Source: Octopus sinensis
Taxonomy: Eukaryota
Direction of reading: 5' to 3'
NCBI RefSeq assembly: GCF_006345805.1
Contig: NC_043006.1
Span: 56,668,001-56,732,000 of the forward strand
DNA: 64,000 bases
Part shown: positions 12,886 to 25,030 of the stretch, one piece after another
Layout: each line of letters starts with the position of its first letter
How positions within the stretch are numbered: the first letter of the stretch is position 1
The notes under the pieces: model-generated
What the model was told of the DNA's origin: nothing
What the model saw: the letters and a program-made list of their open reading frames with translations, nothing else
Database searches by the model: none
Translations under genes and position numbers: made by a program

Positions 12886-13036
12886 TATATGTATATATAT
12901 ATATATATATATATAAATAGGGTAAAGTAAAATAATTTACTTTACCACACACCGAGCTTTTTAGAAATAGCAGCCAAAAATTTGGCTATTTCTTCAACTG
13001 CAAGAAAAAAGTATCCCAGACAATGCATACTCAGAA

Positions 13037-13097
<61 letters not shown>

Positions 13098-13250
13098 AGT
13101 AGTTGAATGAATTATCTTATTAAGGATAATTCGAAAGATAACCGATACCTGGGTAGCAAATTCACATCAGAAAGAACACGGTTGAAGTTACGTCCCTAGG
13201 GCATAGACTACGTGCTTTCGTGCGGAAATTTGTATGTTTATTTTAAAAAT

Positions 13251-13882
13251 ATAAGTTTATGAAAGAATGGCGTTGACCGACTTGTTAACAAATTTCCTTT
13301 ATTTTCGACAGATGTTTCGAAGGCTGCATATTCCTAATTCCGAAGGAATAAGAAGTACATTATGCAGATTTCTCATCAGGAAAGGCAAGGAACTTATGTC
13401 GACATCAAAATGCACAAAAAACTTTTAGCTGACTACTCTCGAGGAGCCCATGGCGATTATGAGTGTCTGTTTATAAGGAGTGACGTCAGAGTGGCTGAAT
13501 GTAGAAGAATCTAGAATTATCTAAAGGTTCAAGGGTTCAAACGAAGTAGGAGGAGGGAGGCATAAGAATAGTAAGGTGAGAGGGTACAGGTCAAAAGAAT
13601 GGTGGGTTTAATTGATTTCTTTTATGAATGAGTGCCTGTGTGTGTGACTGTATATAACTGTCATAATGTGTGTATGTGTGTGTGTGAATGCGTGATTGTG
13701 TTTGTGGATGGGTAGATGTCAGAAAACTGACAGCTGTGAGGTGAGAGGTCTGTGTCTGTGTGTTCAATTGTGTTAACTGTAGAGAAAGGGAAGTAGAGAG
13801 AGAAAGGGAGGAAGAGTCGGGCGAGGTGAGAGGCAACCATATTGTTAACAAGTCGTTGAACTCCATTCTTTCATAAACTTAT
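13251..13882 (-). mobile_element. Short Penelope-like insertion bounded by 41-bp inverted repeats, carrying a hammerhead ribozyme
   Basis: 13251-13291 matches rc(13842-13882) at 38/41 positions. An intact hammerhead lies just inside the left repeat, and the right side abuts (TA)n. Confidence 0.65.
13296..13390 (-). ncRNA. Type I hammerhead ribozyme
   Basis: Minus strand: CCUU-gcc-UUUC CUGAUGA GAA..CUGCAUA [insert] UAUGCAG..UUC GAAA CA-uc-UGUC GAAA-aua-AAGG. All core nucleotides are canonical with a GUC triplet. Stem I is 4+4 bp, stem II is long and stem III is short. Confidence 0.75.
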
Positions 13883-13897
13883 ATATATATATATATC

Positions 13898-13928
<31 letters not shown>

Positions 13929-13956
13929 ATATATATATATATTATATATATATATA

Positions 13957-13995
<39 letters not shown>

Positions 13996-14030
13996 ATATA
14001 TATATATGTATGTATATATATATATATATG

Positions 14031-14070
<40 letters not shown>

Positions 14071-14092
14071 ATATATATGTATGTATATATAT

Positions 14093-14196
<104 letters not shown>

Positions 14197-14535
14197 GAAA
14201 ATAGGATAAGGTAGAAAATGCTAAAATAATTTTAGCATGAAATACATTTTGTAACGGTTAGTACCAATTTTAGTCTTTTCGACTTTTTCAATTGAGGGTA
14301 AAACAAAGGTGTATATTTAATTCTTTTCTTCTTTTACTTGTTTCAGTGATTTGACTGCGGCCATTTACAAATTAAAACATCTTTTTTACACAAGAAGCAA
14401 AACGAGGTATTGAACCTCTTACTTCCGTTTTTATAATTTGGGGACTTAATATTCCATTTACAAATTGAGGTGCTGAGCCTCTTACACACTTAAACATTAT
14501 AACACTGGGGCTTTTCAACTTCTTGTCAATTTTTC

Positions 14536-15625
14536 TCACCAACATCGCTTGTGCTCGTATACTCCGCCATTACCCAAGGCGGGCTCCGAGTCGGCGTAGT
14601 CCGACCACAAGCGATATTCCTCTTTGAGTCCTTCCAGCCTACGTATCACGGGCAACGTTATGACTTCCACAGCTATCTGCGGAGGCCAATTCCCGCCAAC
14701 GGTGTCTCTTCCTCTGCAGATGGCACGATTCCCACCGAAGAGGTTTCGGGACATGCCGGCAGTACACTGCATACCTCCGGTACTGTCCCATTCTTTTTTC
14801 TCTTTTTCTTTTTTATCTTTGGTGCGGGAGGGGTTGGCTCCTTCGTCATACCGCAGGAACCTCGCTTCCTTCCGCAACCCCTGTATCCCACGGAGAGCAA
14901 CTATTGTTGCTCCCCTTCTTCCTTTTTCTCCCCTTTTTTTCGAGGGAAGTCACTCTCTCCTCCTCATCTCTCTTTCCGGAGGAGGAGGGGTTCTTCTACA
15001 ACTAACAGCTCAAGGACCCTGCTCTGGGATGCTTCTTCTTAATGTGGCCAGGCTTCAGGCACTGATGAGTCTTGGTGGGGGAGTACCTCAAGAATCACCG
15101 GATACCCTAAAAAAATCTGGGAACACCATATTATCGCATGATTGGGTCCACAGGGTCAAAACTGCTTTTGACCCCACCCAATCAGCCGCAGGCATCATTT
15201 TAACATTCAAGAGCTTGGCTCCGCTGCCACCCAGACCCCGGCGGATAGTGTCCTCTACCTACTCGGGCTCTGTTCCGGGTGGCAGCCCACACACCCAAGC
15301 TCTTGTCAATTTCCTCCCGCGATATGTGGGCAGAAATAAAAATTTCTTCTCTTCCAGGGGCTGGCTCGCAAAAATGCGAGCCTCCTCAGGGTTATCAAAT
15401 AGCAACCACACTGTTGCATATTTGACACCCCTTGCAATAAACTTGATAGTTGACAGGTATTCTGCCAACTCCTTCTCAATATCTAGTTGAGAGAACACAG
15501 TGATGGTGTCGAGCGACTTGGAATATGTCCTCAACACTACCGTTCTCTCATTAAGGTCCTTTACCCACTTTTGGGGGCGGGGCACAATTTCCCACTCCAA
15601 GACAGTGATTTTAGTTTTTTACCAT
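14536..15625 (-). pseudogene. Disrupted ORF1 (gag-like) of an L1/Tx1-related element, copy 1
   Basis: LEWEIVPRPQKWVKDLNERTVVLRTYS...RAWVCGLPPGTEPE* is homologous to 16437-17632. The zinc knuckle is decayed (CLKPGHIKKKHP). It has a Lys-rich segment, a C-terminal NWPPQIAVEV, and several stops and frameshifts. Confidence 0.75.
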
Positions 15626-16436
15626 GCTTTGCAAAAAGACACAGGAAAATGTTCAAAAAAAGTTCAAAATATTCAAATAAAAGTCCAAAGAAACACAAAG
15701 AAAGAACAGAAAGACAGAGCAGAAAGAAGAACGAAGGAAGACAGTTCCAGCACGGCAACACAATTCCACCACTTAGGTAATCCGGGTCCATAGGTAATCC
15801 GCAAATAATCCACAAGTAATCCTCCAGAATATTGCTTCACACAGGTACTCCAGTTCACCGTAGCAGCAAAAAAATTCCTCCACGAATGGGTCGAATTTTT
15901 ATAAACTTTTCAAATTTTGGTAGCGACACACGCCCACCAAAACAAAACAATTCTCACCGCTAAGTGAGGATTTCTTATATGAAAAAAGGAAAAATAATGT
16001 CATACAACAGCTTCCCCACTAAGTCCCTTAAAAAAAAACAAGTGCCTACCCTGTAATCACGCCTCTTCAACAGTTCTTCGATTTAAGACGGCCACCAATG
16101 CACGTCTTGAAAGTGTCCAATCCGATAAGCAACTAACAAACACGCATGCGCGTAAGCAAGCTACTTTATTTTATCTAATTTGCCACAGGGGCATTACACA
16201 GATGTAGCTTTGCGGGCTGGACACAGACATTAATGGTATGAATGATGGTGATGGAACGAAGATGATGATGGGAGAAGACGAAAGCGCCCGCCGACTTCCG
16301 CTTCTCAAAAATAATGTTCTTTTTTCAACAAATCATAATGAGGCAATAAACCTCTTACAATGTTCTTTTAAAATATACAGAAAGTTCAGGTTTCAATATA
16401 ATACAATGTTCCTTCAAAATATACAAAAAGTTCACA

Positions 16437-17632
16437 TCACCGGCCGACCAGCTCTCTTGCTTTATTGAAGCACTCAGCCGGTTCCAGGCAAGACCACACA
16501 GGTACAAATCTATAGGAGTCCTCCGGGAAGGAATTCACGATCCTGCACAGATCGCTATCCCATAGGACCTCCGCAGCCACCTGCGAAGGCCACTCAGGGT
16601 CCTCTGTGCAGGACCGAAGTCCCTCCCATTGGCCTCTCCTTTTCATTTTTCTTATCTCATTTTCAATGGTTCCTCCTTTGTGGAAGAGGACCACATATTT
16701 ATCCTCCGGCGGCACACCCGTCTGAGGAGGCTTGGGAGACGCCGTCCGCGTGTTACAATTCACCGGCGGCGTCCCGTTTCTTTTTCCTTTTTTTTTCCTG
16801 GGCCGCTGGAGGGTGAGGTTCCTGTGGTGTACACAACGGGTCCTCTTTTTCTCCCGCAGATCCCGGGTCTTTCGGTGGGTCACCATTGTTGCCCGCCTTT
16901 CTTTTACGTTTTGAGGATGTAACAACCTCCTCGTCACTCTTCTGCTTCTCTCCCTCCATTGGGGAAGCAGGGAGAGATTCCACCATTAACTGCTCCAGGA
17001 TCCTACTTTGGTCCCTGGGGCAGTTCTTCTTAATGTGGCCGGTCTCCAGGCACAGGTGACACTTGGGGGAGGCGTCCCTCGAGTATCACCGGGCACCTGT
17101 GCCCGGCCATTCTCAGGAAGTCTGGGAATATCATCTCTCCCACGGCCACCGGGGTCCACAGGGTCAAAATTGCCTTTGACCCCTCCCAGTCGACCGCGGG
17201 AGTAATTTTTACACTCAAAAGCCTGGGCCCACTATCTCCCAGGCCTCGTTGGATGGTCTCCTCGATCCATCCCGCCTCCGTGCCCGGGGGCAGCCCGCAC
17301 ACCCAGGCTCTTTTTATTTTTCTTCCACAATACGAGGGGAGGAACAAAACTTCCTCTCCCTCAAGGGGGTCGCTAGCAAATCTGCTAGCTTCTTCGGGGG
17401 TACCAAACAGCAACCACACCGTTGCAAATTTGGTCCCCCGAGAAATAAACTTTATAGTTGGCAGGTGGTCTGCCAACTCTTTTTCTATTATGTCCTTGTC
17501 GGAGAGGGCGATGGCCCCACGCGACCTAGAATAGGTTCTTAGTACCACCGTCCTCTTCTCAAGATCTTTAATCCACTGCTTGGGTGGGACAACCTCCCAC
17601 TCCAAAGCAGTGGCTTCATTTTTCTTTGCCAT
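16437..17632 (-). CDS. ORF1-like (gag-like) protein with CCHC zinc knuckle, L1/Tx1-related, copy 2 (two +1 homopolymer frameshifts)
   Basis: MAKKNEATALEWEVV...PVILEGRLP(K)CHLCLETGHIKKNCP gives C-x2-C-x4-H-x4-C, followed by basic/Pro-rich and C-terminal segments. The three track ORFs join into 397 aa if one C (C5 run near 17070) and one A (A9 run near 16790) are removed. Confidence 0.75.
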
Positions 17633-18060
17633 GTGAAAAAAGTTCAAAGTCCAAATAAGGTTCACGATAGGTTTTTAAGAGGTGAGAAGGATACAAAAAA
17701 GGAGAAAGCACAACAGAAGGAAAGAAATGAACAGAAAGTCACAATAAACAAAAAGGAGAAAGTCAAATAAAGTTCAAAAGAAAGTCAATAACACAGCAAA
17801 AAATCGTCTGGCTACTCCCGGCCTAAATTGAACCCGGAACGCCGCAACTGGAACACAACTTCCACAAAAATTGGTATAAAATTGGTAAAAATTGTTCAAA
17901 CTTCGGAGGCTAAACACTCCCCTATATAGCAGTTCTCACAATTCTTAAAGTTTTTCACGGCACAATACAGTTCTCATAAGTAGGTGAGAAAAATATTCAC
18001 TCAATTATCGAAGATGAATACGTCCCCCAAAAAATTCTCACAATTCAGCGAGAAAAATAC

Positions 18061-18378
18061 ATGCAGAGAGTTATTAATAACAACGTGGCTGGATATAACA
18101 TCAACAACAACAGAACCGAGGAACAAAACGAAAACAACAGTGCAATAGGTAAACAAACACTTTCCAGCTGTAGTTATAGAAGAAACCGTAATTACAAAAG
18201 TCATTTCTCTTCGATTTATGAATTTAACTGCAAAAAAAATACGAAACAAAACTCCGCTGTTGGCTATATGAATCTACTGAAATCATATTGGGCCGATCTG
18301 CATCCAGAATTAAATCATTTTACAGCGAAGCAACTACACCAACAAGCAATATTTGTAAAACAGGGAAAATGTTACTAA
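18061..18378 (+). mobile_element. N-terminal remnant of an R4/Dong-clade retrotransposon ORF
   Basis: SAVGYMNLLKSYWADLHPELNHFTAKQLHQQA resembles the N-terminal helical motif of R4-clade ORFs. It is collinear with RT remnants at 20430-21210. Confidence 0.45.
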
Positions 18379-18673
18379 CTGTAACTTTATTAAATCGAAA
18401 ATCACTACCACCATCAACAATAATGAAATTATCAAGCTCACACACTCCTGTTTGGTACAGATCTAAACAAGTTCCTGTCTAACTAATCATTCAACACAAT
18501 TACTTTCCCCTAAGTAGGACGAGGACACAGCAGAGACAATCAGAATAATATCTAGTATTTTTATTCATGTTCGTCCTTTACAGTTTTTTGTTATGTCAAA
18601 CACACACACATACACACACACTCACACACACACACACACACACAGCACGCGATTGCACACACGTACATGTTCA

Positions 18674-18708
<35 letters not shown>

Positions 18709-19646
18709 TAGAACTCGCAGCAGTACCCGACGTTTGTTGGAAGTAAAAAAATGTCTAACAAAATTTCGCATAGGCTAACTTTTCTTCCCTCGTAGACCTA
18801 TGCAAACTTTGCAGTATTTAGACACCTAAAATCTTGGTTATAGATCCTGCCTGCCTGCCTACCTACCTACCTACCTACCTACTTACCCAACAGAGTGACT
18901 AACTGACTGACCAACTAATTACATGCATAGGCACACACACATCCTTACATCCTTCCGTCCATCCATCCATCCATCCAGTCATCCATCCATCCACCCACCC
19001 AAATCCATCCATCTATCCATACATACATCCATACATCCATCCATCCATACATCCATACATACATACATACATACATACATACATACATACATACATACAT
19101 ACATACATACATACATACATAGCAAGAGAGACAACTGCTGCTATTATACGGACACTCAGTTCTGAACTAACAGAAATGAGCTAAGTATTATAAACAACTC
19201 AAAATACAGTTTACAGCTAGATTTACATTTTATATAGACAAACTGCTGTTCAGAAGAACGAATTCGACCCGAATCAATTGGAAGCTTTTATGATATTCGC
19301 GATCGATCAAGTAGCTAAAGAAAGCGTAGTGCAAATTGAAACTCTCAGTGTTTGGGCTTTGAATGTCCTGCTGTAGTGTTATTGCAATTACTATTCGCTA
19401 AAGATCAAACGAAATCCTAGCATACAATTAAAATGAAAAATCTCTCTTAAAAATGCCAACAAACACAGGAAAATATCGGGCACGGATACGTGGATATAAT
19501 CTTGAGAACTGGGGTGAATAAGGAACTATCAAACCAGCAACTGCAACTCTATGACAGGTTATCAAAAAGCTTCAATAACTGCCGACAAGAGAAACTCACG
19601 AGTAAGGTAAATACCTCAAAAAGGATCTGCGAGCGGTAAGTTAACA

Positions 19647-20105
19647 GGCGCAGGAGTGGCTGTGAGGTAAGTAGCTTGTTTACCAACCACATGGTTCCGG
19701 GTTCAGTCCCACTGCGTTGCACCTTGGGCAAGTGTCGTCTACTATAGCCTCGGGCCGACTAAGGCCTTGTGAGTGGATTTGGTAGACGGAAACTGAAAGA
19801 AGTCCGTCGTATATATGTGTGTGTGTGTATATATATATATATGTGTATGTGTGTGTGTGTATGTGTGTGTGTGTGTGTGTGTGTACTTGTCCCCCAACAT
19901 CGCTTGACAACCGATGTCGGTGTGTTTACGTCCCCATAACTTAGCTGTTCGGCAAAAGAGACCGATAGAATAAGTACTAGGTTTACAAAGAATAAGTCCT
20001 GGGGTCGAATTGCTCGACTAATGGCGGTGCTCCAGCATGGCCGCAGTCAAATGACTGAAACAAGTAAAAGAGCAAAAGAGTAAAGAAAGCATTGTCAACC
20101 GCAAA
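19647..20105 (+). mobile_element. Full-length composite tRNA-head SINE (family A)
   Basis: ggcgcaggagTGGCTGTGAGG...GGTTCAGTCCC head, ccttgggcaagtgtc body, (TA)(TG) linker, second half and (aagagta)n tail. Other copies lie at 27110-28135, 28945-29382, 40418-40800 and 56659-57070. Confidence 0.88.
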
Positions 20106-20429
20106 TTTGCATTAAACCCACAAAGTATATACTGCAGCATGAAAGATCGTATTAAAGTTGCAATGGACCCCTCATCAGAGAGCTCTGAATGAAAACAAAT
20201 AAAACAACCGCGATGCTATGTGGTTAAATGAATACGGAGTGAGTACTATGCAAACGTCTTTTCCAAAACGTAATATCTGCGATGAAACTCACCTGACGGT
20301 TGTTGCAGAACTACGAAATGGAAAAATTACTAGGGAGAAACTTGGTAGTTATTTCCTGTTATAGAAAAGTTCTATAGGGATCAAGTTCTATAGGGAAGCT
20401 GTCGTCAGCCTATTCAAACGAATAATGAA

Positions 20430-21210
20430 CGATGAGGTGCCGAAGGGGTTGACACTTACATGGTCAACACACAATACCCAAAACTACAGGACTCATACCA
20501 TGTTAAATGTTCAGTATGAGCTGTACACTGGTTACTTAATTGAAAAACAAACAGTGTGGTGACTGATGCGCAAATAGGAGGAAAAAGAAGTGGGAGTCTG
20601 TGCTGAACAGCTCTTCTTCAACAAATCTATCTTTAAAGAAGCGAAGCAGAACCACCAAAAGTCTACTGCCCATATAGTGAGAAAAGATGCTTCCTTCATT
20701 CATAGATTTACTACTACACCGTACTAAGGTTCTATCTGCTATAGCCAATTAGTCGATATCTTTAAGAGATTGACAATAACATGGTCCACACAACTAGCGG
20801 CAACAACTGAAGTTACTTCTATAGTCACTAATAGAATTAGGCCATTGACAGAAATATTCCAAGGTGATAGCTAATTCTATATTATTCTTTGCTAATTCTA
20901 TATTATCTTGCACATTTACAAATATGCACTTATTAGCATATAAAAGCCGGTCTAGACGCAAGAAAAAGAAGAGAATCCGAGCAAGAATGGATGCCAAGAA
21001 CAGTTAGAAAACATCATAGGAAGTGATAGAAATGAAACTTGTTTGAGGTATTCGAACAATCCATGGATTAGACCAGAAAGAATTAATTAAAAGTAAGGCA
21101 AATAAGACTTGTGGCATGGTGGTAACAATGTCCAATAGGTATTGTTTATAGAGGCTAAACCTAACGGCGAACTGGCCCATGATATTGGATAGCACGTATC
21201 GGTGCAAAAT
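20430..21210 (+). mobile_element. Highly decayed RT of an R4/Dong-clade non-LTR element
   Basis: Broken frames give KNYRTHTMLNVQYELYTG (NYRPITCLN-like), CAEQLFFNKSIFKEAK, TWSTQL, EIFQGDS and AHDIG. Confidence 0.55.
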
Positions 21211-21403
21211 TTGAGGTTAAAATTGATGGAAAAAGAGGCAAATCCATTAGATCACAAATGAGATCAATTCCGATTAGATCTCTTCTATCTATCATAATTG
21301 TATGTAATATAAAATCTAAGATAAATTTCAAAACTACTACCTAACTACCTACCTAATCTGAAAAGAAAAATACAAAGTAACTAAAGATTATGATTATATA
21401 TAA

Positions 21404-21445
<42 letters not shown>

Positions 21446-21509
21446 ACAAACACACACAGACGCGCACATATACACGCACACGCACTCATATACATACACA
21501 TACACACAT

Positions 21510-23420
21510 TCTAGAGGAACCAACGGACACACCTAGAGAGGCTTAGGAAAGATCTAATTAGCACCCTTGGCTCCATGATTCTGAAAATTACCATGGAGAC
21601 CAATCTCACCACCGCAGGCTTCTTAGACGTTAAGCTCGACTTGGGCTCCGGTGCATACACGCCCTACCACAAGCCATCAACACACATCAACATGTACATC
21701 GACACGCCCACCTGGATATATATATGTTCAAAAACTTGATGAAGGGTGTTAGCAAGAGGATCACGAACATTTCTTCTAGCCAAGAGATTTTTTATACAGC
21801 CCCCCTCCACCCGACCTATAACGAATCACTAGATTCTAGTGGAGTCAAGGATCCCATCCCCTACATTCCGGGCCCTAACACCCACAGAAGGAAGGAAGTG
21901 CCGCAGAATTATCATTTTGTTCAACCACCCACTCCTCCTTTAACGTAAAAACGTGTGTAGATAGGATATTCCTTAAACTAGTAGATAAACACTTCACAAG
22001 TTCACATAGGTATGGACACACTTTCAATAGGCACAGCATCAGAGTTTCATTTAGATGGGCGACCCATATCAAGAGCATTCTAGTTAGCATCCCTAGACCA
22101 CGAGCGGAGGCGGGATAATCATGCCGGGACTACAACAGATGCCCATTGCGAAACCAAGAGAGTCGTCTATGAAGCTGAGGTGCTGGCCAATCCTAGAAGC
22201 AGCAGCGATATCAGCAGCCTCTCCAACGACTACTACAATGGCAAGGATGACTACCAATAGCAGCAGCAATAACACGAACAGAATTAGCGGCAACACCATC
22301 GTCAGCGATAACAACATCAACGGCAGCAATGGCATTATCCCTAGCAGAAATAGAAGTAGAACCATTGCCAGTGGTAACTATAACAACAGTGGCAGCATCA
22401 CCCACCACGAAAGCGCCGACAACAGCTCCAACAACACCAAAGGCGATGATCATAACACCAATAACAGCACCATCGCTATTGATGCCCCCTACGCCAGCAG
22501 TAGTAACACCAATATCATCGCCATCTTCAACGATGCCAAAACCAATAACAACAGTACTAGTACCAACAACAGCAGTAGCAGCGGCGTCAACACCAGCAGA
22601 TACAACATCAGCAACACCCGAACAGATAGATCAGATGCTCCGGTAATACGTTCAAGCAACGCCTTTTTAATCACAGATCCTCTTTCAGGACACTGGAAGA
22701 GAGATACGCTACGTGATTAGCCAGCCATGTTTGGCGGCTGAAGGACGTCGGAATTCCACACGTAATATCATGGAAAATCCTAAAGAAAACCAGACCCTCA
22801 CATAAACTGGATCAAGCGTTGTAAACTGCGCATAGCCGAACGGACGAGAATATAAGAGGACTCCCTTGACGCAAGGAACATCCTTACTTCCAGAATGGAA
22901 ATCTTCGGACCCTTCATGCACTTCATGATCCTAAGATATAAGCGTTAACAGGGTCAATTAAAAATAACGGCAAAAATGAGACAATTCCCTGTTGTTGGCA
23001 TAGGATAACGAAGTCTTTTCCTTTTCCATTTTCTGGAGAGGCCACTTGCTAGAGAGGCCATAGGCCAACAGGTTTAGGATCTGATGATACGCTCTTCACT
23101 ATAAAAAGGTTTAGTCGTATACCATTAATGATTTTGTGGTCACCATGTATTACCATGTTCTCCGCTTTACAAATATTGAATCGGAATATATTCAGTGCTG
23201 AATTATTTCGATTATACACAGGTGGCGAGAGGAATTAGGCAGAGACCCCTTTAAATTGGATTTACAAGTGTAAACATTTGTATATACCCTATTGGATGCG
23301 TTGTGTTCGTTTGGTATGTACTGATGTTTACATATTTATTTTCCCCGGCTATGTTCATACTGATGAGTGGAGAACATGATAGTGCATAGTGACCACGAAA
23401 TCATTAATGGTAGTTTGACT
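21510..23420 (+). mobile_element. 5'-truncated Penelope-like element, Naiad-type (RT C-terminus + GIY-YIG + 3' hammerhead)
   Basis: LKITMETNLTTAGFLDVKLDL..YTPYHKP; KRITNISSSQEIF; IIILFNHP..FNVKT..FLKLVDKHF..FNRHSIRVSF; CRDYNRCPL..VVYEAEV; (Y)I(G)CSGNTFKQRLFNHRSSF; LASHVWRLKD..ISWKILKK..KRCKL. It starts at a (CA)n tract. Confidence 0.85.
23354..23418 (+). ncRNA. Hammerhead ribozyme core (stem I damaged) at the Naiad 3' end
   Basis: CUGAUGA GUGG..CCAC GAAA U CAUUAAUG GUA, with a palindromic stem III and a GUA triplet. The 3' strand of stem I mismatches guucaua. Confidence 0.55.
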
Positions 23421-23495
23421 TGAGTCCCATTAAAACGTGTGGCTTTTACACACAGTAATAGCCATAGTAAATGGTTCCAGTCAACGACCTCTGTA

Positions 23496-24278
23496 TTAAC
23501 ATCTTAATCCGGTTCCTTTACTCTTCAATCGCCAAAAGGGACGTATTGAGCTTCCAGTAGCCGGAACCTCGACTATATAGTCTATGTTCAGCTTACAAGT
23601 GACTAGCTTGTGATCACTGTAGCTGACCAGATGAAAATTAGCTATATTTCTGTCTGTTTCTCCTATAAAAATCCTATCTCTGTTTGACCTGCATGACCCG
23701 TCGCTGTTTGACCATGTCCACAATGGAGCGTTAGGAAATTCAAGTCTATATGAATCTACTAGCTGAAAGCAATTTAGCTGACCGCGGAAGCAAAGATTAC
23801 CTCGCCCATTCGTATTCGAGACAACGTAATCCACGCGTTCAACGTAGATTATGTTAAAGTCTCCTGACAAAACTAGTGAATGTGACGTACCCAGAAATTT
23901 CTCCAGGTCACGAAAATACTCACTTTGATCAATTGAATTGGGTGCATAAATTGCAACCAATCTGATAGTCTTACTACAACTGAACGTCAAGTCCATGACG
24001 ACCTGCCTACCTTCTGGATCAGAAAAAATTAACCTTTTCTCTGAAACCCGATTTCTTTTTAATAGGACCAACATCCCATTTCCGCCCGATGAAGAGCCTG
24101 GAGAAATGAATTTCTCGTAATCGTCCAGGAGCGGGAGCAGATCTCTTGGCCCCTTTAACCAGGTTTCAGTAGCAACAATTACATCCAAATCACGTGACCT
24201 GGTGTCATTTAGAAAGTGCCCTTGCTTCCAGCTCGACGTCAGGCCACGTACATTTAAACAACCAGCATGAATAGCCAT
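23496..24278 (-). pseudogene. APE endonuclease domain (ORF2 N-terminus) of an L1/Tx1-clade LINE
   Basis: CLNVRGL, DVIVATETWL, LVAIYAPN, LVLSGDFNI, WTWSN, DRIFI and SDHKLV are the APE motifs in order. It is truncated before the RT. Confidence 0.9.
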
Positions 24279-24289
24279 TTCGACCTACC

Positions 24290-25030
24290 TTAATCTGTGG
24301 TAGGAGGTGGATGAGAATCCACCTCTTTTTCTTTGCCACAGGCTTGCGTGGTTGGGTGAGTTAGGCCTTCGAATATTGGCGTCGAGAAATCTTTCCGCAA
24401 TGGGCCTACATTATCCCTGAAATCATTTTTCATTATATTATAATTTTTTCCGTCAATTTGGTAGATGTAATAGTATTTTGGTGAGTGTTCATCCATCCGT
24501 TTGGCAGTCGGGGTGACTGACAAAAGGCCTAGTCGTCTGTTGTTTGATGCTCTCACTGCCTTCAAGTTGTCCATCGATTTGTCCATCTCAGAGAGTGGTT
24601 TCTTTGCTCTTTTAATTTTACGGTTGTTGTTGTTGTTGGTAGGTTTCGAAAGAGAGGTTTGGGTAATCTTTATTTTCACTATTGACCACCTGTGCTTACG
24701 TCCTTCAACGAAAACGACCAATCTGGCCTCTCCCACCTGAATCACCTCCGGTATCTCTTCTAGTGTCAGGGGTTCCGCTTGTATCATGATATTGAAGATT
24801 TGCCCTTGACAATTCTGTTTTTCTGTAACCATAGCTTGGAAGAGTGTAATCTTCTCCAGGTCTACGGTTGCGGCTGCGACCAACCAGGCGGCATCCGCTT
24901 CCGGTGGGATACTCCCTATCATTATCCTTGAAGTTCTCCCCCTCCCCCGTGTAAGTGGGGAGGAGAATTACTTCTTCTGTTTTTAAGGTTGCTGTGGAGT
25001 GATGTTTCTCCTTCTCCTCCGTAGTCATCC
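24290..25030 (-). pseudogene. ORF1 remnant of the same L1/Tx1 element
   Basis: EEVILLPTYTG..IGSIPPEADAAWL..RLVVFVEGRK aligns with EEVLFLPSYCG..VCGLPPGTEAGWI..PVILEGR of the 16437-17632 ORF. It lies directly upstream of the APE. Confidence 0.7.

Noticed and set aside
19647-19725. tRNA genes at SINE heads (also 4872, 6610-6682, 11042 and 50724)
   Set aside because: They have A/B boxes but no complete cloverleaf, and each continues into a SINE body found in multiple copies.
23080-23135. Possible SECIS element in the Naiad 3' UTR (ATGA...AAAA...)
   Set aside because: The 3' side lacks the GA needed for the non-Watson-Crick quartet, and no selenoprotein ORF was seen.
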